A DNA stretch of 64,000 nucleotides from an uncultured Ruminococcus sp. (GTDB lineage Bacteria; Bacillota; Clostridia; Oscillospirales; CAG-272): assembly GCA_964634795.1 (NCBI GenBank), contig CAZWLL010000001.1, positions 13,830 to 77,829 of the forward strand, in the 5' to 3' direction. The notes beneath the pieces are model-generated. The model searched no databases and was not told the origin of the DNA. It saw nothing but the letters and a program-made list of their open reading frames with translations. Position numbers and translations under genes: made by a program. Numbering within the stretch: the stretch's first letter is position 1; each line of letters starts with the position of its first letter. Shown in pieces: positions 33,835 to 43,718 of this stretch.

Positions 33835-34557
33835 TTATTCAAGTATATTTGATGTTATATAATCTACTTTCCATGCGATGAGCTTTTCGGCTTCCTCGGG
33901 TTTATCTACTGTCCAGCAGTTAACCTTTACACCTTTATTATGGCACGCGAGGATTCTTTCTTCAGTAAGCTGCGGATGGCAGATATCAAGTCCCATCTTA
34001 CGTTCGGCAAGCATATCGGGAAGGTTATCGTTCCATTCACCGGTAAGGAATTGGCACTCCTGTTCCGGACGAAGCTTTTTAACAAGATCGAGATTTGCGA
34101 TATTGAATGCTATAAAACATGTATTATCGAGATATCCATCGAAGAAACCTAAAATTTCTTTAATTTCAGCTTCTGTGAAGTTGGATTTCAGCTCTGGAAC
34201 TGCATGCTTATCGTATTTTTCGCAAATCTTTCTGTATTCATGCGGTGACGGAATTATCAATTCCGCTCTGTCACTGCTGCCGTCGATATCCTTAAGTTTG
34301 AGCTTACGAAGTCCCTCAAAGGATGAATTCTCAATAACCAAGTCAACATCGCAGATTCTGCCCGTTCTTCCGTCGTGATTGCAAAGGAACTTTCCGTCTG
34401 AAGTTCTCCAGATATCGGTCTCTATACCGTAATAGCTTCTGTTTCCCGCTGCGATAAATGCGGCTGCGGTATTCTCACATTCAAGTCCGCTGACGCCGCG
34501 ATGTGCAACAAATTGTGTTTCGCCTTTTTCAGGTACTTTAACAGTGTTTTTTAACAT
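33835..34557 (-). CDS. Glycerophosphodiester phosphodiesterase (GDPD family), cytoplasmic
   Basis: 240 aa from the ATG at 34557 (GGAGG SD 6 nt upstream). It has the FVAHRGVSGLECENTAAAF and GIETDIW motifs. Confidence 0.88.
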   Translation of the reverse strand: MLKNTVKVPEKGETQFVAHRGVSGLECENTAAAFIAAGNRSYYGIETDIWRTSDGKFLCNHDGRTGRICDVDLVIENSSFEGLRKLKLKDIDGSSDRAELIIPSPHEYRKICEKYDKHAVPELKSNFTEAEIKEILGFFDGYLDNTCFIAFNIANLDLVKKLRPEQECQFLTGEWNDNLPDMLAERKMGLDICHPQLTEERILACHNKGVKVNCWTVDKPEEAEKLIAWKVDYITSNILE

Positions 34558-34570
34558 AACTATCCTCCGT

Positions 34571-35926
34571 TTATGATAATTCAAGCTCTTTGTCATACAA
34601 AAGCTCATTAATTGTATTTACCGTATAAATAACATATACAATATATATGATTGTAATAACAGAATCAATCAGGGTTGTAAGAGAAACGCTTACTGCCATA
34701 TAATTATAGAGCGCCGCGAAAATATAATTGATAATTGCCAATATCGTACACATCAGAATCTTGCCGCTGATTGTATTGTATGTTTCAAGGTCACGATTCT
34801 TCTTCGAATACTGGACGCTATCCGCATCAATACCGCATATTGACAGATGTTCCTTTACGCCATACGCAAGCACAAACAAATATATTACAACAGATGCAAG
34901 TGCGAAAACATTCTCGACCGCATTCAGCGCCGCAAGGCGGTAATATTTATCATATGCCGTTGTTATCCATTCAACCGCCTCTATGCTGTATTCCTTATAA
35001 TAATTAATCTGAACAAACAGGTTTACTATTGACAGCACTATTCGCACGCCTGCAAACGGTATTAAAATCACGGTTTTTTTAAGATACTTGCGTATTATAC
35101 ATGCCGAAATTATAAGCATCGCCGACGGTATCAATCCTACAATAAGATTAACTCCGTCTGCGGCTATAACAAATTCGAATATCGCCGAAAACATGAAGAC
35201 AATCAACGCGGTTTTCATGTTTTTGGCAAGAAACATCTTTGTGTTTGTCAGAATATCGTTTTTATATTTCGTATCGAGAGCTTCCGCAAGCTTCTTGTCC
35301 TTTGAAATATGTCCGAAATAACCTGCGGTTTTTATGATGAAGATAATTCCGCACACTGTTACCAGAAAGCCCATAAGAATGTACAGCGATGATTTATAGT
35401 TAACAAGTCTTATGCTCAGCGCACTGACCTCGCCTAAGTTATCATACATCTGAAGCTCAGTGAGCTCAGGGAAAACGGTTGCGCAGACTCGGAGAACATA
35501 AAAGAACAATATGTAATCTTTAACTGTTTTTATCTTTTCTTTGGTTTTATGATTCGTCTTAGTTTTAGATGCATATATTGAGTCCCCACTGTACCACAAT
35601 CCCATAAAAGCAAGGCCTTCAAAGAATGCGTTAACTGCCGGAATTATCCACATTAATTCAATCAGGCCGAAAACAAATGAAAGAAGCAATTTTCCGGAGC
35701 CTGAAATATACGGCACCGAGACAATGGATAATAACTTTACAGATTCGAGAAATCCCAGTTTGATGAAAAACTCACGAGCTTTGGATAATTCATCTATAAA
35801 ATACGATGTTTTAGTCATTCCCGCGGCAATCAGAAAGAATCCTATTGCATCGGGCAGTACATCAACCACGTTTATCACGGGATTAGCTAATAACACAAAC
35901 CCCGCTATAATCATTCCCCATGCCAT
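34571..35926 (-). CDS. Polytopic membrane protein (about 10 or more TM), unknown family
   Basis: 451 aa and highly hydrophobic. The N-terminal motif MAWGMIIAGFVLLANP...DVLPDAIGFFLIAAGMTK is shared with the upstream 240-aa protein. Confidence 0.7.
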   Translation of the reverse strand: MAWGMIIAGFVLLANPVINVVDVLPDAIGFFLIAAGMTKTSYFIDELSKAREFFIKLGFLESVKLLSIVSVPYISGSGKLLLSFVFGLIELMWIIPAVNAFFEGLAFMGLWYSGDSIYASKTKTNHKTKEKIKTVKDYILFFYVLRVCATVFPELTELQMYDNLGEVSALSIRLVNYKSSLYILMGFLVTVCGIIFIIKTAGYFGHISKDKKLAEALDTKYKNDILTNTKMFLAKNMKTALIVFMFSAIFEFVIAADGVNLIVGLIPSAMLIISACIIRKYLKKTVILIPFAGVRIVLSIVNLFVQINYYKEYSIEAVEWITTAYDKYYRLAALNAVENVFALASVVIYLFVLAYGVKEHLSICGIDADSVQYSKKNRDLETYNTISGKILMCTILAIINYIFAALYNYMAVSVSLTTLIDSVITIIYIVYVIYTVNTINELLYDKELELS

Positions 35927-35950
35927 ACAGCAAATCGCTCCTTTCCCGTT

Positions 35951-36673
35951 TTACTTTTTTCTTTTCTTCGGTTGTTTATAGCGTTTCTTCTTTTCTTTTG
36001 CCAGTTTTTCCGCTTCTTCCTGAGCCATTCTCACTGAATCCATGCGATATTCTTGATTTTTCTTCTCGATTTCATCCATTTTCGCATCGATTTTATTGAT
36101 GAACTCAAACCTCGACGGTTTCCTTTCAGTCTCATCTTCATCCGCGGGTGCAAGAATACCGAAGCAATTGTAAATAAACGCAAGATTAAGTATGAGACAA
36201 ACAACCCAGTAAATCAAGAGAACCGTTTTCAGATATCCGTCAAGCTCCTCGGATTCTATTGTAATATTGGTAATGACAGAATAGACTGCGTAATATAAAA
36301 CAGTCATTACCATATTGCGTTCGGCTTTTCCGACAAGCTTTTTCGCATCTGCTCCGAGTGCTATACCGCGTGCTCCGAGAAACATAAATATATGCATAAT
36401 CGCAGCGGAGGCAAGCCTTAATATGTTTATTGTCATTGATATATATCCATCAGGATATATATCAAACATCATGTCCGTGGCTTTCACCGCACTGAACAGC
36501 AAAAACAGAAGAGCAAACAGCGCAGCCTTTTTATAGTATGTGTTATATTGCGCAAGACGTGTGAATGCATAAGCTGTAATTACCGAGCCTATTACATCCG
36601 CAAAGAAGTACATGCTTGACAGTGAAAACGCAAACATAACAAAATAACCGAAAAAGAGTATTCCAAAACCCAT
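35951..36673 (-). CDS. Membrane protein (about 6 TM) with a charged, Lys-rich cytoplasmic tail; unknown family
   Basis: 240 aa. The N-terminus is MGFGILFFGYFVMF...FFADVIGSVITAYAFTRL. The C-terminal roughly 65 aa are acidic and then basic (…EEAEKLAKEKKKRYKQPKKRKK). Confidence 0.7.
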   Translation of the reverse strand: MGFGILFFGYFVMFAFSLSSMYFFADVIGSVITAYAFTRLAQYNTYYKKAALFALLFLLFSAVKATDMMFDIYPDGYISMTINILRLASAAIMHIFMFLGARGIALGADAKKLVGKAERNMVMTVLYYAVYSVITNITIESEELDGYLKTVLLIYWVVCLILNLAFIYNCFGILAPADEDETERKPSRFEFINKIDAKMDEIEKKNQEYRMDSVRMAQEEAEKLAKEKKKRYKQPKKRKK

Positions 36674-36727
36674 GAATGCGCATCCCTGCCTATCTTATTT
36701 TTTAAGAATAAACTGAATAAATCAAGA

Positions 36728-36770
36728 TTTTGCTTCAAAAATCTTTAATCTATTGACTTTTGAAGCAAAA
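36728..36770. repeat. 13-bp perfect AT-rich inverted repeat between secA and the downstream membrane genes (possible terminator or regulatory hairpin)
   Basis: TTTTGCTTCAAAA (36728-36740) and TTTTGAAGCAAAA (36758-36770) are separated by a 17-nt loop. On the minus strand the repeat is followed by TCTTGATTTATT. Confidence 0.45.
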
Positions 36771-36796
36771 CCAATCTAAAATCAATGTTTTTCTGA

Positions 36797-39562
36797 TTAT
36801 TCCTTGCCGTCGTCAACACCTGGAACATTGGCTCCGCAGCATTTTTTATACTTTTTACCGCTGCCGCACGGACAGGGATCGTTTCTTCCGACCTTCTGAG
36901 TTTTATTTACCACCGGCTTATTAACAGCTTTTGCCGGAGAAGAATCACTGTAGTTTGCGGCTACGGGCTTTGCAACCTCTACACGCTTAAGCTCAACCTG
37001 AGGCTTCGGCATTACAGACATTAACATTCTGACAGTGTCATCTCTGATATTGGTTATCATTTCGTCAAATAAATCGGCACCGACAAGTCTGTACTCCGAA
37101 ATCGGATTTCTTTGTGCATATGCTTGAAGTCCGATCATTTCCATCAGTGAATCCATGGATTCAAGATGATCCATCCACTTTCTGTCTACGTTCTGAAGAA
37201 GAATTATTCTCTCTATTTCACGCATCTTATCAGAGCCGAACAGCTCTTCCTTTTTCGCATACAGTTCTTCTGCTCTGTCTTTTAATGTTTTGCGTATATT
37301 CTCACGTTCCGCATTAAGATCGCTTCCGATATCCTTGAAATCATCCGTGGTGCACAAAAGACCCATATACTTTGCTTTAAGGCCCTCGATATCCCACTGT
37401 TCTATGTTATCCTCATGCAGGTAAGCATCAACAGCGTCGTTCAAGGTGCTGTCAATCATCGAATGAATCTTTTCTTTCAAATCGGCATTATCGAGCACTT
37501 CGTTTCTCTGATTATAGATAACGGTTCTCTGCTGATTCATTACGTCATCATATGAAAGGACATTTTTTCGTCTGTTGAAGTTCTGGTCCTCTAATTTCTT
37601 TTGTGCTGATTCTATTGAGCCTGAAAGAATCTTAGCGTCAATCGGTGTATCCTCATCGAGTCCGAGACGCTCTACCATAGCGGAAATTCGCTCCGAACCG
37701 AAAAGTCTCATCAAATCATCTTCAAATGAAAGATAAAATCTCGATTCACCGGGGTCTCCCTGTCGGCCTGCACGTCCGCGAAGCTGATTGTCGATTCGTC
37801 TCGATTCATGACGCTCAGTACCTATTACAAACAATCCGCCTGCAGCTTTTACCTTATCGGCTTCCGGTTTGATAACATCCTGATATTTCTTATACAGATC
37901 CTTGTAATGGTCTCTCGCTGCGAAAACTTCTTCGCTTACGTTCTGTGCCGAACCTGTCGCAAGTGCTATCATTCCTTCTTCATAGCCTTCTTTACGCATT
38001 TCGGCTTTTGCGAGATACTCGGCATTACCTCCGAGCATAATATCGGTACCACGTCCTGCCATGTTCGTGGAAATTGTTACGGCGCCGAATTTACCTGCCT
38101 GAGCTACTATATCAGCTTCCATTTCATGGTATTTGGCATTAAGAACGGTATGAGGAATTCCCGCAGCCTTGAGCTTCTTGGAAAGATTTTCGGATTTTTC
38201 AACCGATACAGTACCTACAAGAACAGGCTGTCCTTTTTCGTGACACTTCTTTATCTGTTCGATTATAGCTTTATCTTTACCGTTTTTAGTACGATAAACT
38301 ACATCGGGCCAGTCTTTTCTGATCATCGGACGGTTAGTCGGAACCTCGACAACGTCAAGATTATATATTTCTCTGAATTCATTCTCTTCAGAAAGTGCGG
38401 TACCGGTCATACCGGAAAGCTTATGATACATTCTGAAGTAGTTCTGGAGCGTTATTGTAGCGATTGTTCTGTTTTCTTTCTGTATCTGAACATTTTCCTT
38501 CGCTTCAAGTGCCTGATGCAAGCCGTCGGAAAAACGACGTCCGGGCATAATACGTCCTGTGAACGAATCGACGATAAGGACTTCGTTGTCTTTAACAACG
38601 TAGTCAGTATCACGATGCATTACGCCGTGTGCCTTGAGCGCCTGATAAATATGGTGCGTTATATCAGCATTTTCGGGGTCTGAATAGTTCTTAATTCCGA
38701 AATACTGTTCCGCTTTAGCTATACCTGACGCTGTAAGTGTTGTCGTTCTTGCTTTTTCATCAACAATATAGTCGGCTTTTGAGTCGTCATGGTCTTCCTT
38801 GGCATCAAGCTCTTTTATAACTTCTTTGGAAAGAGTTCTGACAAATCTGTCTGCCATGTCATACAACATGTCTACATCCGAGCCTTGACCAGATATAATA
38901 AGAGGCGTTCTCGCTTCATCTATAAGTATGGAGTCAACTTCATCGACAATAGCGAAATTATGTCCTCTCTGAACACGATGCTCACTGTATGTCACCATGT
39001 TGTCGCGCAGATAATCGAAACCGAATTCGTTATTTGTTCCGTATGTTATATCGCACTTATATGCGGCTTGTTTTTCGTTTTTCTTTTGTCTTGCTACTAT
39101 AAGACCTGTTGTAAGTCCGAGATACTCATGAATTCTTCCTATTTCTTCACAGCCTAAACGAGCAAGGTATTCGTTAACCGTAACAACATGTACTCCGTTT
39201 TCCGTAAGTGCATTCAAATAAGACGGCAAAGCGGCAACCATTGTTTTACCTTCACCTGTCTTCATTTCGGTAATTCTGCCCTGGTGAAGAAGTATGCCGC
39301 CCATAATCTGTACATCGAAAGGACGCTTTCCGAGTATTCTGTCGGAAGCTTCTCTTATACATGCATAAGCCTCCGGAAGAATATCATCGAGTGTTTCACC
39401 GGTCGAAAGTCTTTTTTTGAATATATCCGTCTGAGAACGCATATCGCTGTCCGACATATTTTTGTATTTTTCGCCCAGCGAGTTGATTCTCTTAACAAGC
39501 GGCATTATCTTTTTTATCTGTCTGTCACTGTAGGTTCCGAAAATACTTGATACAAGTCCCAT
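36797..39562 (-). CDS. secA: Preprotein translocase ATPase SecA
   Basis: 921 aa with DEAD motor motifs ([27 protein letters not shown]) and a C-terminal zinc finger ([14 protein letters not shown]). Confidence 0.97.
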   Translation of the reverse strand: MGLVSSIFGTYSDRQIKKIMPLVKRINSLGEKYKNMSDSDMRSQTDIFKKRLSTGETLDDILPEAYACIREASDRILGKRPFDVQIMGGILLHQGRITEMKTGEGKTMVAALPSYLNALTENGVHVVTVNEYLARLGCEEIGRIHEYLGLTTGLIVARQKKNEKQAAYKCDITYGTNNEFGFDYLRDNMVTYSEHRVQRGHNFAIVDEVDSILIDEARTPLIISGQGSDVDMLYDMADRFVRTLSKEVIKELDAKEDHDDSKADYIVDEKARTTTLTASGIAKAEQYFGIKNYSDPENADITHHIYQALKAHGVMHRDTDYVVKDNEVLIVDSFTGRIMPGRRFSDGLHQALEAKENVQIQKENRTIATITLQNYFRMYHKLSGMTGTALSEENEFREIYNLDVVEVPTNRPMIRKDWPDVVYRTKNGKDKAIIEQIKKCHEKGQPVLVGTVSVEKSENLSKKLKAAGIPHTVLNAKYHEMEADIVAQAGKFGAVTISTNMAGRGTDIMLGGNAEYLAKAEMRKEGYEEGMIALATGSAQNVSEEVFAARDHYKDLYKKYQDVIKPEADKVKAAGGLFVIGTERHESRRIDNQLRGRAGRQGDPGESRFYLSFEDDLMRLFGSERISAMVERLGLDEDTPIDAKILSGSIESAQKKLEDQNFNRRKNVLSYDDVMNQQRTVIYNQRNEVLDNADLKEKIHSMIDSTLNDAVDAYLHEDNIEQWDIEGLKAKYMGLLCTTDDFKDIGSDLNAERENIRKTLKDRAEELYAKKEELFGSDKMREIERIILLQNVDRKWMDHLESMDSLMEMIGLQAYAQRNPISEYRLVGADLFDEMITNIRDDTVRMLMSVMPKPQVELKRVEVAKPVAANYSDSSPAKAVNKPVVNKTQKVGRNDPCPCGSGKKYKKCCGANVPGVDDGKE

Positions 39563-39727
39563 TTTATATAAAGCGGAATTGTCCGCTGCCCTCCGTAATT
39601 ATTGACAGTTGAAAAAACTTCATCATTTTATTATACCTCATTTGTTAAGAATATTAAGGTATGAAATGTAAATTTATTTAAAAAATATCTCATGATATAA
39701 AAATGTTTTTCCGCTTAACCTTATCAC

Positions 39728-39756
39728 TTGCAAAAAACAAGTATATATTATATAAT
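39728..39756 (+). promoter_or_regulatory. Sigma-A promoter TTGCAA-17-TATAAT for trmL
   Basis: TTGCAA is at 39728-39733 and TATAAT at 39751-39756. The ORF-track start codon for trmL is in fact the -35 box. Confidence 0.65.
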
Positions 39757-39787
39757 GCTTATTGCTTATAAAATCAGGAGAAAAACA

Positions 39788-40279
39788 ATGAAAAACATTA
39801 ATATCGTACTTCATGAACCGGAAATTCCTCAAAATACCGGAAACATCGCACGCACATGTGCCGCAACAGGATGCGCGCTCCATATAATCAAGCCTATGGG
39901 CTTTGAAATCGATGACAGAAAGCTGAAGCGCGCGGGGCTCGACTACTGGCATTTGCTTGATATAACGTATTATGAGAATCTTGACGACTTCTTTTCAAAG
40001 AATCCCGATTGTAATTTCTATCTTTTCTCAACCAAAGCACCGCACTGCTATACCGATGTCGAATATAAAACTCCGGTGTTTTTGTTCTTCGGCAAAGAAA
40101 CAAAAGGACTTCCCGAGGATTTTCTTCGTGATAACATTTCACGCTGCGTGCGTATACCTATGCGTGAAAATCTGCGCAGCCTCAATCTGTCGAATTCCGT
40201 AGCCATAGGTGTATATGAGGTGCTCCGCCAGCATAACTTTGACGGACAGCAAAGTGAAAGCGTTTATCTTGAAAAATAA
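39788..40279 (+). CDS. trmL: tRNA (cytidine/uridine34-2'-O)-methyltransferase TrmL (SpoU/TrmH class)
   Basis: 163 aa from the ATG at 39788 (AGGAG SD). Recognised from NIVLHEPEIPQNTGNIARTCAATG...LNLSNSVAIGVYE. Confidence 0.9.
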   Translation: MKNINIVLHEPEIPQNTGNIARTCAATGCALHIIKPMGFEIDDRKLKRAGLDYWHLLDITYYENLDDFFSKNPDCNFYLFSTKAPHCYTDVEYKTPVFLFFGKETKGLPEDFLRDNISRCVRIPMRENLRSLNLSNSVAIGVYEVLRQHNFDGQQSESVYLEK

Positions 40280-40294
40280 TCGATAATATTCGCA

Positions 40295-41830
40295 TCAAAG
40301 CAAAGGTGCCAACAGCTCCATAACTCCTCTGAAAAGCTGACGGATAAAACTGCATTCTTCGTCTTTTGCGACACTGCTTACCGAGAAAATTTCGAGAAAA
40401 TCATTTTTTATATCTTGTATGCATTTTGTTTTATACATCCATACACCGCATTCGAAATGCAGGTACAGGCTTCTGTAGTCGAGATTAATGCTTCCTACCG
40501 TTGCGTACTTGTCATCGCATAAAAACGTCTTTGCGTGAATAAATCCCGGCTGATATTCGTAAATCTTAACTCCGTTTTGAATTAAGTTCGGATAGTAAGA
40601 CTTAGTCGTTTCTTTAACCAATTTTTTGTCCGGTATACCGGGAGTCACTATTCTTACATCCACACCGCTCTTAACCGCAGTAAGCAAAGCCTGCTCCATC
40701 TGTTCATCGATTATCAGATAAGGTGTTGTTATCCAGATATAGTCATGCGCGGATGAAATCATTCCGAGATAAACGTTTTCCCCTACCGGCTCGAAATCCA
40801 GAGGATCATCCGAATACGGCTGTACATATCCGACACTATTTTCCGATTTTGACGTAAGCTCAGGTTTAAAGGAATCGTATTTTCCCGACTCATGAACCGG
40901 TATATGGCACAAATAGTCCCACATTGAAAGAAACATTACGGTAAAGCTCCATGCCGCACTGCCGTCGATTACAATGGCGTTATCCTTCCAATATCCGTAT
41001 TTAACGATTTTATTAATGTATTCATCCGCTATGTTAATACCGCCCGTAAAAGCGGTCTTTCCGTCTATTATCAGTATTTTTCTGTGGTCTCGGTTATTTT
41101 GATGTGCTGACAGGACGGGAACAAAACGATGGAATACTCTGCACTTTATTCCTTCATTTTCAAGCTGACGTGCAAAATCTCTTTTCAGTGTCATAATGCA
41201 TCCGATGTCATCATATATAATTCTGACGTCTATTCCCTCTGAAACCTTGCGTTTCAGAACATCGTGTATTCTGTTCCACATTTCTCCTTCGCTTATAATA
41301 AAATATTCGATAAATATATATTTTTCTGCTTTCTCAAGCTCTGCAAGCATTACTTCGAACGCATCCTCGCCTGTTTTAAAATAATCGAGTCTGCCGCATC
41401 TGTAAGGAGGATAGCTTGACGCATTGCGTATATATTTAGCCTGTTTTTCGGAATTCGCGTCGTCATCTGCCAACTCCGATATAACATCATCACCGCGTCC
41501 CAATTCTCCGCCGGCGACATCTGCCATAAAACGCATTTTCTTCAGCGAGCGTTTCGATAATCTGTTTCCGCTGAGTATCACATACAGAGCAATTCCGAAC
41601 GCGGGGAACGTAAAGACAACCACAATCCAGGCAAGCTTGTATGCCATGTTTTGATTTGTGTTAATTATCTTCAGCACGAACACAAAACCCATAACAAACA
41701 TAACAGCATAGTAGAATACAAAATATCTTGTAAACTCCACAGTCATAACAAGTATCATTAAAAGCTGTGCGAGTATAAGAATGCCAACTACGAATACCCT
41801 GCTGAAAATAAGCTTCTTAAGTCTTTGCAT
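40295..41830 (-). CDS. cls: Cardiolipin synthase (PLD superfamily, two HKD motifs)
   Basis: 511 aa with two N-terminal TM helices. The HKD motifs are HRKILIIDGKTAFTGGINI and HAKTFLCDDKYATVGSINLD. Confidence 0.94.
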   Translation of the reverse strand: MQRLKKLIFSRVFVVGILILAQLLMILVMTVEFTRYFVFYYAVMFVMGFVFVLKIINTNQNMAYKLAWIVVVFTFPAFGIALYVILSGNRLSKRSLKKMRFMADVAGGELGRGDDVISELADDDANSEKQAKYIRNASSYPPYRCGRLDYFKTGEDAFEVMLAELEKAEKYIFIEYFIISEGEMWNRIHDVLKRKVSEGIDVRIIYDDIGCIMTLKRDFARQLENEGIKCRVFHRFVPVLSAHQNNRDHRKILIIDGKTAFTGGINIADEYINKIVKYGYWKDNAIVIDGSAAWSFTVMFLSMWDYLCHIPVHESGKYDSFKPELTSKSENSVGYVQPYSDDPLDFEPVGENVYLGMISSAHDYIWITTPYLIIDEQMEQALLTAVKSGVDVRIVTPGIPDKKLVKETTKSYYPNLIQNGVKIYEYQPGFIHAKTFLCDDKYATVGSINLDYRSLYLHFECGVWMYKTKCIQDIKNDFLEIFSVSSVAKDEECSFIRQLFRGVMELLAPLL

Positions 41831-41868
41831 AGATTCCCCTCTTCTTCAGTGACATTAAAACGTATATT

Positions 41869-41897
41869 ATTTTACTATATTCAACTTATAAAATCAA
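41869..41897 (-). promoter_or_regulatory. Candidate promoter TTGATT-17-TAAAAT for cls
   Basis: The RC of 41892-41897 is TTGATT and the RC of 41869-41874 is TAAAAT, with a 17-nt spacer. Confidence 0.45.
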
Positions 41898-42044
41898 TTA
41901 GAATACGGTTAAAAAAAACGATAATACATCTCAGCTTTTCGTTCTAATCTCTCTTAATGAGAGCTGAATCGTCTTTTCCACCATTTCTTCAATCTCATGT
42001 CATTATTAAGGCATGATTTTGTCGATTTTTTTATTTTCTGTTTC

Positions 42045-42073
42045 TTGATTATTCCTCAAAATTATATTATAAT
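42045..42073 (+). promoter_or_regulatory. Promoter TTGATT-17-TATAAT for the UPF0371 gene
   Basis: TTGATT is at 42045-42050 and TATAAT at 42068-42073. An AGGAG SD precedes the ATG at 42112. Confidence 0.6.
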
Positions 42074-42111
42074 ATCTTGGATTTTGTTTTTTTATTTTAC
42101 AGGAGTTATAT

Positions 42112-43596
42112 ATGTTTAATGTTGGTTTTGATAATGACAAGTATTTTAATTTACAGACGGAAAAAATATTAGAGCGTATCTCTCATTTCGGCGGAAAGCT
42201 TTACCTTGAATTCGGCGGAAAATTGTTTGACGATTACCATGCTTCTCGTGTTCTGCCCGGATTTAAGCCCGATACAAAAATAAACATGCTGCTTCGTCTT
42301 AAAGACAAGGCTGAAATCGTTGTTGTTGTGTCGGCTGTCGCTATAGAGCAAAATAAAATGCGCGCTGACCTCGGAATCACATATGATATGGATGCTTTAA
42401 GACTTATCGACGCTTTCCGTGAAAGAGGCTTATATGTCGGAAGCGTTTGCATCACACACTATGCTTCACAGCCGTCTGCAGATGCATTTATCAAGAGACT
42501 TACCGATTTAGGCATAAAAGTGTTCAAGCACTACCCTATTCCCGGTTATCCCACCAATGTCAAGCTCATTGTCAGCGATGACGGATACGGTAAAAACGAA
42601 TATATCGAAACCTCACGTCAGCTGATTGTTATAACCGCTCCCGGTCCCGGCAGCGGAAAAATGGCTACCGCGCTTTCACAGCTGTACCATGACGCTAAGA
42701 AAGGCATAAAGTCAGGATATGCTAAATTCGAAACCTTCCCTGTATGGAACCTGCCTCTTACTCATCCTGTCAACCTCGCCTACGAATCCGCTACAGCGGA
42801 CCTTGCAGACGTTAACATGATTGACCCCTTCCATCTCGAGGCATATGGCAAAACCACAGTGAACTATAACCGCGACGTAGAAATATTCCCGGTATTGCGC
42901 AGACTTTTCGAAGAAATATACGGTGAATGCCCATATAAGAGTCCGACCGATATGGGTGTCAACATGGTAGGATTCTGCATATTCGATGACGATGCCGTAT
43001 CTAATGCCGCAAATATGGAAGTGATTCGCAGATATTATGATTCACTTGTTAAAAGAATGAAAGGCTTATGCTCTCCCGATGAAGTAATGAAGCATGAGCT
43101 TATCATGAATCAGGCAAAAATTACGACCGACGACAGACATGTTGTAAAATCCGCACTGGAAAAATCAGCTGCTACCGAAGGCCCTGCCGCCGCAATAGAA
43201 CTCCATGACGGAAGAATTGTAACCGGTAAAACCTCGGCTCTTCTCGGATCCTGCTCTGCCGTTCTTCTTAACGCTCTTAAAGCTCTCGCGGGTGTAGATG
43301 ATGATGTACAGTTAATTTCTCCCGCAGTAATCGAACCCATATGCCGCCTGAAAACCAGCAATTTCGGCTGTCATAACCCCAGACTTCACGCAGATGAAAT
43401 TCTGATTGCTTTAGCTATTTCGGCTACAACTGATTCCAACGCAAAGGCTGCACTCGATGCTCTGCCTGAGTTATTCTCATGTGAGGCTCACTCAAGTGTT
43501 ATCGTATCGCAGGTTGATACCGATACCTTCCGCAAGCTCGGAATCAATCTCACCTGCGAGCCTGTTTACGAATCAAACAAGCTGTTCCACAGATAA
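42112..43596 (+). CDS. UPF0371/DUF1846-family protein, function unknown
   Basis: 494 aa. The N-terminus FDNDKYFNLQTEKILERISHFGGKLYLEFGGKLFDDYHASRVLPGF is characteristic of the family from memory. The length is typical (about 495 aa). Confidence 0.85.
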   Translation: MFNVGFDNDKYFNLQTEKILERISHFGGKLYLEFGGKLFDDYHASRVLPGFKPDTKINMLLRLKDKAEIVVVVSAVAIEQNKMRADLGITYDMDALRLIDAFRERGLYVGSVCITHYASQPSADAFIKRLTDLGIKVFKHYPIPGYPTNVKLIVSDDGYGKNEYIETSRQLIVITAPGPGSGKMATALSQLYHDAKKGIKSGYAKFETFPVWNLPLTHPVNLAYESATADLADVNMIDPFHLEAYGKTTVNYNRDVEIFPVLRRLFEEIYGECPYKSPTDMGVNMVGFCIFDDDAVSNAANMEVIRRYYDSLVKRMKGLCSPDEVMKHELIMNQAKITTDDRHVVKSALEKSAATEGPAAAIELHDGRIVTGKTSALLGSCSAVLLNALKALAGVDDDVQLISPAVIEPICRLKTSNFGCHNPRLHADEILIALAISATTDSNAKAALDALPELFSCEAHSSVIVSQVDTDTFRKLGINLTCEPVYESNKLFHR

Positions 43597-43644
43597 GGCG
43601 AAAATTTTATTTCAACATATATAACTTAAAATATATCAAACATA

Positions 43645-43684
43645 AAAGTCTCCGTTCACGAGTTAATCGTTAAACGGAGACTTT
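43645..43684. terminator. Bidirectional terminator between the UPF0371 gene and the SIS gene
   Basis: AAAGTCTCCGTT (43645-43656) pairs with AACGGAGACTTT (43673-43684), with an inner ACGA/TCGT pairing. Confidence 0.8.
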
Positions 43685-43718
43685 CTTATTATGTGTTAAA
43701 TACTATACAGTACGTAAA

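Noticed and set aside
37808-38683. Long antisense ORFs opposite strongly conserved genes. Examples are 291 aa opposite secA (this interval), 250 aa at 28880-29632 opposite ispA/xseB, 221 aa at 5953-6618 opposite lpd, and 178 aa at 1153-1689.
   Set aside because: These are shadow ORFs. They have a low-complexity Cys/Phe/Ser-rich composition, no SD and no recognisable domains. Each fully overlaps a gene with unambiguous family signatures on the other strand.
41900-42044. I scanned the large AT-rich intergenic regions (41831-42111, 51392-51595, 57250-57483, 32342-32567, 14153-14320) for known structured RNAs, CRISPR repeats, IS ends or tRNA-like sequences.
   Set aside because: I found only short (5 bp or less) hairpins and promoter-like boxes. 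There were no direct-repeat arrays, no terminal inverted repeats, no T-loop (GGTTCRANTCC) matches other than the tRNA at 13428-13502, and no conserved riboswitch cores that I recognise.
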